Positions 57,952 to 64,000 of a DNA stretch of 64,000 nt are shown piece by piece. The DNA lies in the NCBI GenBank assembly GCA_041740355.1, contig JBGSMD010000064.1, positions 36,541-100,540 on the forward strand, read 5' to 3'. Below the pieces are notes generated by a model. The model made no database searches. It saw only the letters and a list, made by a program, of their open reading frames with translations, and was not told where the DNA came from. The stretch's first letter is position 1, and every line of letters begins with the position of its first letter. The stretch comes from Bdellovibrionota bacterium (lineage in GTDB: Bacteria; Bdellovibrionota_C; UBA2361; CALJRW01). The translations under genes and the position numbers were made by a program.

Positions 57952-59409
57952 TTATGAAATCCTCCAAGCATTAAAAGCTTTTAATATACCAAATAAAAAC
58001 TTTGCAGTATTTTGTCTTTTCCATTCTCCGGCAACATATTTATTAGATTCTGCAAAAGTAGGATAAATATGAATCGTACCAAGAATCTTATTCAAACTTA
58101 ATCCATATTTCATAGCTGTAACAAATTCAGTAATTAAGTCGCCCGCATGCTCACCAACAATCACTGCCCCTAAAATTTTTCCCCCACGCTTTGTAGTAAG
58201 AACTTTTACAAACCCCGAGTCCTTACTATCAGTAATTGCACGATCTAATTCACTTAAATTATATTTTGTAACTATATATCCAATCCCATTTTTTCTTGCT
58301 TCATCTTCACTTAGCCCCACTCTGGCTACTTCTGGATCAAGATAAGTACACCAAGGAATCACTTGGTAATTTGCCTTAAATGTCTTAAAAGGACTTAGCA
58401 AGGCATTAATGGAAGCATACCAAGCCTGATGTGCGGCAAAATGTGTAAACTGATATGGACCAGCTACATCCCCTGCTGCATAAATGTTCGGATAATTTGT
58501 TCTGAGAAAAGTATCAGTTTGAATTGTACCATGGGCGGTAAGCTCAACATCTAAACCTTCTAAGCCAAACCCTGTCACATTAGCCTTTCTCCCTAATGCT
58601 ATTAAAAGTTGATCAAATTCAACTTTAACTTCTTGATCTAAATGTTTGCAAATTACAAATTTTCGCTCACCATCTTTTTCAATTCTAATTGCCTTATGTT
58701 CTGTTAGTACGAGAACTCCTTCCTCTTTAAATTTTTCTAATACAAAGGAGCCAACATCAGCATCTTCTTTAGGAAGAAGACGGTCTGAACTTGCTATTTG
58801 GGTAACGTTTGAACCTAAGCGAGCAAAGCACTGCGTTAACTCAGAACCAATTGGTCCACCACCAAGTATTACTAATTTTCTTGGTAGTTCATTTAGCTCC
58901 CACACATTATCAGAAGTTAAATACTCAATTTGGTCTAAACCTACAAAATTTGGAACAAATGGTCTTGCCCCAGTGGCGATAATAATACTTCTAGTAGAAA
59001 AGACTTCTTCTCCTACTTTTACTTGATAAGGACTAATTATTTCAGCACTCGCAGTTATACACTCCACACCAAGTTCTTGATAACGCTCAATTGAATCATG
59101 CGGTTCAATCTTTTTAATTATTCCTCGCACGCGTTCCATTATCTTCGCAAAACTATACTCGATATTAACCAAATCAATCGCATATTTTTGGGCATTACGA
59201 GCTTGATGAATAAACTTTGCGGAAGCAATCAAAGCCTTACTGGGAACACAACCAGTGTTTAAACAATCTCCTCCCATCTTATGTTTCTCAACTAAAAGAA
59301 CTTTAGCCTTCATTGTTGCGGCTATATAAGAAGATACAAGACCAGCTGAGCCTGCTCCAATTACAATCAAATTATAATCAAACTTTTTAGGAGTTGGATA
59401 TTTTTTCAT
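57952..59409 (-). CDS. FAD-dependent pyridine nucleotide-disulfide reductase (MerA/Lpd-like, no C-terminal CC)
   Basis: IGAGSAG, GGDCLNTGCVPSK, GGGPIG.E, AAGDV, FTH.A, IHIYPT..E. Confidence 0.9.
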   Translation of the reverse strand: MKKYPTPKKFDYNLIVIGAGSAGLVSSYIAATMKAKVLLVEKHKMGGDCLNTGCVPSKALIASAKFIHQARNAQKYAIDLVNIEYSFAKIMERVRGIIKKIEPHDSIERYQELGVECITASAEIISPYQVKVGEEVFSTRSIIIATGARPFVPNFVGLDQIEYLTSDNVWELNELPRKLVILGGGPIGSELTQCFARLGSNVTQIASSDRLLPKEDADVGSFVLEKFKEEGVLVLTEHKAIRIEKDGERKFVICKHLDQEVKVEFDQLLIALGRKANVTGFGLEGLDVELTAHGTIQTDTFLRTNYPNIYAAGDVAGPYQFTHFAAHQAWYASINALLSPFKTFKANYQVIPWCTYLDPEVARVGLSEDEARKNGIGYIVTKYNLSELDRAITDSKDSGFVKVLTTKRGGKILGAVIVGEHAGDLITEFVTAMKYGLSLNKILGTIHIYPTFAESNKYVAGEWKRQNTAKFLFGILKAFNAWRIS

Positions 59410-60079
59410 TTTTTTTACTTTTAAAACTTACTATTAATTTTTTTAGAATGAGTGGTAATAAGGCAATCATTATTAAGGAAGCTATCAAACTCACTGACAT
59501 GATTTCTGAGATATTATTAATTTGACTAATTTGGGTTCCAGCATTTACGTAAATTAATGTTCCTGGCAACATTCCTAATTGGCTAACCCAAGCAAAAGTG
59601 ATTAGTCGCATAGCAGTGACACCTAAGGCTAAATTAATCACAAAAAATGGGATTGCAGGAATTAGTCTTAGTGTAAATAAATACATCGCCCCTTCTGATT
59701 TTATTCCATTATTTATCTGAGTAATCTTAGAATGGAATTTATTAGTAACCCAATCTTTAATTAAAAACCTTGATGTTAAGAAAGCCAAGGAAGCTCCTAT
59801 TGTGCTAGCAAAAGAAACAATAATCGTTCCATATAATAGGCCAAAGAAAACACCAGCAGCTAAGGTCATAATTGCAGCTCCTGGCAGAGAAAGAGCAGTA
59901 ACCAGAATATAGGAAAGAAAGAAAAGAAAACTATATAAGTAATAACTTTCTGAAATTTGTAAATTAATTATTTCCTTAGAAGTCTTTAAATATTCAAAAC
60001 TTAAATACTCCCTAGCGTCTGTTAGGAAAAAGAGAATAATTATGACAGAGATTAACGTTATTAAAAATATTTTCTTCAT
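59387..60079 (-). CDS. TVP38/TMEM64 (VTT/DedA) membrane protein
   Basis: ALSLPGA..TL.AG, ASTIGA, LRLIP..PF..IN, SQLGMLPGT. Confidence 0.9.
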   Translation of the reverse strand: MKKIFLITLISVIIILFFLTDAREYLSFEYLKTSKEIINLQISESYYLYSFLFFLSYILVTALSLPGAAIMTLAAGVFFGLLYGTIIVSFASTIGASLAFLTSRFLIKDWVTNKFHSKITQINNGIKSEGAMYLFTLRLIPAIPFFVINLALGVTAMRLITFAWVSQLGMLPGTLIYVNAGTQISQINNISEIMSVSLIASLIMIALLPLILKKLIVSFKSKKNEKISNS

Positions 60080-60097
60080 GTGAATAGTTTTGATGAG

Positions 60098-60823
60098 TTA
60101 TTTTAAAGAAGATACTTCTAAAGACATTATATCTGCGGATGTTTTTCCACTAGTATTGTCCGAATCTGCCATGATCGCAATTCTGGCTACAGAAGGAGGT
60201 GCTTCTCCAAAAGCTTTAATGTAATCTTCATATATATTAACTTTTTCCACTAGCCATTCTCCAATTTGTTTTTCCCCTGATCTTAAGGCAATCATTTGAA
60301 CTCTACTAGTATATGGATTTGGGAAAGGAACTCTTTCGACTAGTGTAGATGACCATACGTAAGTTAAACTTGAATGTGGTGGATCCTCTTCACTTAAGGC
60401 ATTAACCATAGTATTTTTAAGCCCTTCAAAGAAAGAATATTTATGATCTGGAGGGTGTCTAAAAATTAAATAAATCCTTAATGGATAGTCATCTTCAGAC
60501 TTTAAAGTTACATTTTTGGTAGCTAAGATATTATTAATTCTCCACTTCCATTTTAAAATTGGATAATCTTTAACATTAAATTCTTTATCATAAACTAACC
60601 CGGAAGCGGATTTGTTACTACTTGTTGCTAGGTACTTCTCCCCGCTTTCAGAAATTTTAATTTCATATACTGAGTGCTCTTTAATCTTCTTAAAATTTAG
60701 TGGCTCCCAATTTTTAAGATCATGAAATTTTAGATTAAAAAGAGATTCTGCATGAACGAAATGAGGCTTACTCGCAATTGTTACAGAAAATAAGATTAGT
60801 AATGGGAAAATCATCTTACTCAT
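60098..60823 (-). CDS. DUF3047 domain exported protein
   Basis: SASGL, LKWKWRI, DDYPLRIY, L.YVW, GEW..EK.N..ED, IM.DSDNT. Start MSKM at 60823 preferred over GTG 60847. Confidence 0.85.
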   Translation of the reverse strand: MSKMIFPLLILFSVTIASKPHFVHAESLFNLKFHDLKNWEPLNFKKIKEHSVYEIKISESGEKYLATSSNKSASGLVYDKEFNVKDYPILKWKWRINNILATKNVTLKSEDDYPLRIYLIFRHPPDHKYSFFEGLKNTMVNALSEEDPPHSSLTYVWSSTLVERVPFPNPYTSRVQMIALRSGEKQIGEWLVEKVNIYEDYIKAFGEAPPSVARIAIMADSDNTSGKTSADIMSLEVSSLK

Positions 60824-60853
60824 AGATATACCGTTCTTAAAAAGCACTTGGAA

Positions 60854-60883
60854 GTAAGTGTAGCTGAGAGTGTTTTTATTACA
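60854..60883 (-). promoter_or_regulatory. Putative ECF sigma promoter for the DUF3047-TVP38-reductase-GT2-MTAP operon
   Basis: Minus strand TGTAATAAA-N13-ACACTTAC. Confidence 0.65.
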
Positions 60884-60961
60884 ATTTATATAAAAATATA
60901 TTTAATTTAGGACATAGCTGCGTATTAGGCTCTACTCAGTATCCATTTTCAAGATGCAGGA

Positions 60962-61122
60962 TCACAGGGTTTTAAATCTCAACTAAACAATTTCTCACAA
61001 CAACTTACTACAAATTACAACAGTAATATTAACAGGATCTACTTTCCTATACTTCGATTATCGTAAAAATCGTCATTTTTCGCCTCTCGCTATGCCGAGA
61101 GTGTGTTAAGAAAATAGATCTT
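60962..61122. repeat. Degenerate third att-site copy
   Basis: TCACAGGGTTTTAAATCTCAAC..ACAACAGTAATATTAA..AAAAATCGTCATTTTT..TATGCCGAGAGTGTG aligns with 20178-20345. Confidence 0.75.
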
Positions 61123-61134
61123 TTGTAATAAAAC

Positions 61135-62046
61135 TTACAACCCCAAAACATCCTTCAAACTCTCAACAAGCTCCCCATGTTTCTTCTTATTCATTTTAGA
61201 AATATTCGCTAACTTCCACTGGATTGCAGGAAGTTTTTCAATTCCATCTATGTTAATCAACTTCCACTTAGGCTCACCCATTTTAATTGAGAGCAGGAAT
61301 TGTCTTTCCTCTAATGTTAACTCAAGATTAATCTTACTAATTAGTTTGTCTCTAACTTCTTCAAGCTCTTTACAAGTAACACTCTTCTCAGTCATGCCCT
61401 TAAACTGAGAATCAAAAGATTTTCTAATATCTTGTAGTTTTGGTTTTAGTAATTCTTGAATTGGGCGATTATGACTAGCAAGGTATACAACAAAAGCTGT
61501 CCTAATCTGATCCGTAAGTCCATATTTTTCAAACATCTCCTTTACATCAAAAAGATCCCTTGGATGTTGCCTGTCTAGTGCCGCACAAATCTTACCTCCA
61601 TAAATATCAGGAATGGACATCACTTTTGTTTCAAACTCAACGCCATACTCTTGTACAACAGCATCAGATACTTTTCTATTGATAGAAGGATAAAGCTCTC
61701 CTCTGAGAGTTTGATTTGGTTCAATCTTAACTTGTGCTTTATCAGTTGCCACAGCAAGTTTATAATTATCATATTTAATTTTTAACTTTGGATATCTCCC
61801 TTTTAAATCCTCAGTAATATCCTTAGAAATATTTAGAAGTGCCTGCCTAATCCCATCTAAAGATTCACCTCTACTTTTAATTGGAAGATAAGTTAGATCA
61901 ATATCAACAGATAATCTTGGAATATGGTCACTTAGGAAAAGATTAATAGCAGTCCCACCCTTTAGAGCAAAGCAAGATTGCCTAGCAACAATTGGCATAA
62001 TCTCAAGGAGAAGCTTTACTTGTTCTAAATAAGAATTTTTAATCAT
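61135..62046 (-). CDS. AbiEii nucleotidyltransferase toxin, intact
   Basis: FALKGGTAINLF..PRLSVDIDL, GKICAALDRQHPRDLFD, LPAIQWK. Confidence 0.92.
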   Translation of the reverse strand: MIKNSYLEQVKLLLEIMPIVARQSCFALKGGTAINLFLSDHIPRLSVDIDLTYLPIKSRGESLDGIRQALLNISKDITEDLKGRYPKLKIKYDNYKLAVATDKAQVKIEPNQTLRGELYPSINRKVSDAVVQEYGVEFETKVMSIPDIYGGKICAALDRQHPRDLFDVKEMFEKYGLTDQIRTAFVVYLASHNRPIQELLKPKLQDIRKSFDSQFKGMTEKSVTCKELEEVRDKLISKINLELTLEERQFLLSIKMGEPKWKLINIDGIEKLPAIQWKLANISKMNKKKHGELVESLKDVLGL

Positions 62047-62054
62047 TGGGTATC

Positions 62055-62804
62055 TTATAAAAACTCAACTTTGGAGTTAACTGTTATTTTGTATTTAGAG
62101 TTTGTAGTACCACCACTATCGATTAGCCTGTTACCTTGCCCAAAATCTATTCTACTTAAATCTAACTTCCTAACCCAAGGATAATTTAACTCTTCAGCTT
62201 TAACCATAAAAAGTCTTTTAACTTTTATTGATTCACACTCTTCTAGTAGTTTTTGGATTAACTCATACCTAAGAGAATGTAAGCCTTGAAACAAATATCC
62301 AGCATCAATAAATGAATCATGTTTAGGAACTAAGTATAATTGTTCAAACAATGCCCTTTCCCTAGAAGATATTTTAAATACTAAATTATCTTCTTTATGG
62401 TTTGTTAATCCAATATCTGATGAAAATAATTTTGTACTAAAATATTTTACTTCTACTCCCCAGTTATAAGACTTAAACCATGTAGGTAATCGCAATTTCT
62501 CCTTGCCAAAAAGAATTACTGGTTCTTCTGCTCTTAAAAAGTGAGTAACCCCTTGAATCTTTAATGCACTACTAGCTCCCACATGAACTTCAAGATTTAG
62601 TTGTTTCTGTATAGCGACTAAACCTCCCTGCCAATTAAAAGAATCTCCGTTCCTAGCTACTGCTCCATTTCCCACTTCTACTATCCAGTTATTTTTCTTA
62701 TACTGTGCTATTAATGCAGGACTATAGCCAAGCTTACTTAAGTAAGAGCTTGTATAGACAACTCCACTTTTCCAGTTTGTTAATAGTTTATTTAACTTAG
62801 TCAT
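62055..62804 (-). CDS. Type IV TA AbiEi antitoxin
   Basis: Close paralog of 48761-49510, same length (249 aa). Confidence 0.9.
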   Translation of the reverse strand: MTKLNKLLTNWKSGVVYTSSYLSKLGYSPALIAQYKKNNWIVEVGNGAVARNGDSFNWQGGLVAIQKQLNLEVHVGASSALKIQGVTHFLRAEEPVILFGKEKLRLPTWFKSYNWGVEVKYFSTKLFSSDIGLTNHKEDNLVFKISSRERALFEQLYLVPKHDSFIDAGYLFQGLHSLRYELIQKLLEECESIKVKRLFMVKAEELNYPWVRKLDLSRIDFGQGNRLIDSGGTTNSKYKITVNSKVEFL

Positions 62805-62985
62805 AGTATATAAATTAGATTCAATATAAGTAAATTTGATTCAATAATTACTTATAAATATATCATATATATATAATATTGCACTAAAATAAACTAAAAA
62901 GAAAAAATAACAAGTATTATCAGTTAATTAGACTGTTCTTATCTAAGAAAATGAGACTAAACCTCTCGTTTTAGTCTCACAAACC

Positions 62986-63195
62986 TTACCTATTCTTACT
63001 ATCAACCCACTCAAAAAACGCATCCTCGTCAATTAAAACTCTTCTTCCTACACGCTTAATTACTTCATTAAACCCATTCTGCTCAGCATAAAAAATCAAA
63101 TGCCTTAATCCCCCTATAGGTGGCCACTCATGGTGTTTATTCCAATTAACAATTGGTATTAACTTCCTTTCTTTTTTGTCACTTTCATTGCTCAT
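62986..63195 (-). CDS. Small excisionase-like DNA-binding protein
   Basis: W...H.WP..GGLRHLIF..NG...VIKRVGRRVLIDE..FF.W pattern typical of mobile-element HTH/Xis-like proteins; GGAGG SD. Confidence 0.65.
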   Translation of the reverse strand: MSNESDKKERKLIPIVNWNKHHEWPPIGGLRHLIFYAEQNGFNEVIKRVGRRVLIDEDAFFEWVDSKNR

Positions 63196-63252
63196 AAAAC
63201 CTCCAAAATTAAATAAATTTTATTAAAATAATTACAGAATCTAATCTTTCAA

Positions 63253-63582
63253 CTAAGATTCTTTGCTCTCATTCCAGACAAGACTTCTTACATTTTCACT
63301 AACCCAATTATCAGACTCGCCAACTTTTATTCCACCAACTTCTAGGATCTTTTTGACCGAGAAAGCGAGATCTAGACCAACCGTTTTAAGGTTCTTATGA
63401 AGCTCTTCAAGTTGTTCATTCACCAATAAGAAATCAACATTTCCTGTAAGGTAAGAAGCTACAATTTGCTTAGCAGCAAGGCTTGTACTGATGCTTTTTA
63501 AAGTTGAATATTCCCTAAGCAGGCATAGCATTTCTTCATCTAACCTAAAGCTAATTATTTGCTGATTTTTTTGATTTTTCAT
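63253..63582 (-). CDS. Hypothetical protein with ribbon-helix-helix-like N-terminus
   Basis: IISFRLDEE..L..Y....IS.S.AAK pattern. Confidence 0.5.
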   Translation of the reverse strand: MKNQKNQQIISFRLDEEMLCLLREYSTLKSISTSLAAKQIVASYLTGNVDFLLVNEQLEELHKNLKTVGLDLAFSVKKILEVGGIKVGESDNWVSENVRSLVWNESKES

Positions 63583-63786
63583 TTTTATGTTTACAGATAA
63601 TTTTAATCTTCTTAGTTAGTTACCCATATTTCTGTATACAAACTAAATTTTTTGTAGACAATTTTATTTAATATTTCCAAATATTTATCTTTTTATTGTT
63701 TACACTTTTAGGTGCGTTGGGTGTGTATGTAAAAATAGATAAAACTATCCTGTAAATTTCCTCCTCCCCAACAGAAATTTTTAGTT

Positions 63787-64000
63787 CTAAGCCTGTTTGC
63801 CATTAAGACATTTTATAAAGTCGATTGTTGTTCTATCTAAGTAAGAAACAATGGGATGACTTAAGTATTTTAGTAGTCCAGAATTGGAAAGTTTTTCTAG
63901 CCTGTGGAACAATTCATGGCTAACTGGAAGCTCAAACCGAATGTATTTTTGATCTTCAGTAGCTGGCTTATTTGGAGTCAGAAACAATGATTCTTTTTTT
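63787..64000 (-). CDS. Hypothetical protein, 3' part; open to the window edge
   Basis: The frame of track ORF 63787-63987 stays open to position 64000. Confidence 0.45.
   Translation of the reverse strand, partial: KKESLFLTPNKPATEDQKYIRFELPVSHELFHRLEKLSNSGLLKYLSHPIVSYLDRTTIDFIKCLNGKQA

Larger units (their letters stand above)
51846..60961. mobile_element. Genomic island 2 (~9 kb), ECF-controlled redox cargo; no integrase
   Basis: Lies between att copy 2 and the degenerate att at 60962. Confidence 0.65.

Noticed and set aside
57952-59409. Mercuric reductase merA / mercury resistance
   Set aside because: Lacks the C-terminal Cys-Cys pair and NmerA domain; no merR/T/P nearby.

Overview
AT-rich Gram-negative bacterial chromosome segment (standard code). 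1-19.7 kb is backbone-like: an RND efflux trio, a pyrophosphatase, an orphan Flp pilin, DUF3300/DUF2950/aqpZ, a nitronate monooxygenase, lipoproteins and a GT39-type glycosyltransferase, with several ~146-bp TATAG-ended MITEs. From ~19.8 kb onward the window is a tandem stack of integrative islands delimited by 3' fragments of a tRNA-Leu(TAA) gene (20141, 51846, degenerate at 60962). Each junction carries 11-bp-period TGTGCC arm-like sites, and two junctions carry ~240-bp structured repeats that each begin with the tRNA 3' end. Island 1 (31.7 kb) carries a Cu-ATPase, an ackA-phosphoketolase-Na+ N-ATPase-aldolase-PGM-glucanase operon with an HPF gene inside it, a second HPF, baeRF3 and two AbiE systems. 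Many of its promoters share an ATGAY-N4-RTCAT box at CRP/FNR class II spacing. Island 2 (~9 kb) is an ECF sigma/ZAS anti-sigma redox module. Its three transcription units share a TGTAA(T/G)AAA-N13-(A/T)CAC promoter motif and include a TIGR04283-like transferase and a divergent MTAP-like phosphorylase. Island 3 starts with a third AbiE pair and small DNA-binding genes. No integrase, intact tRNA, rRNA or CRISPR array is in the window. All family assignments are by eye from motifs; no searches were run.
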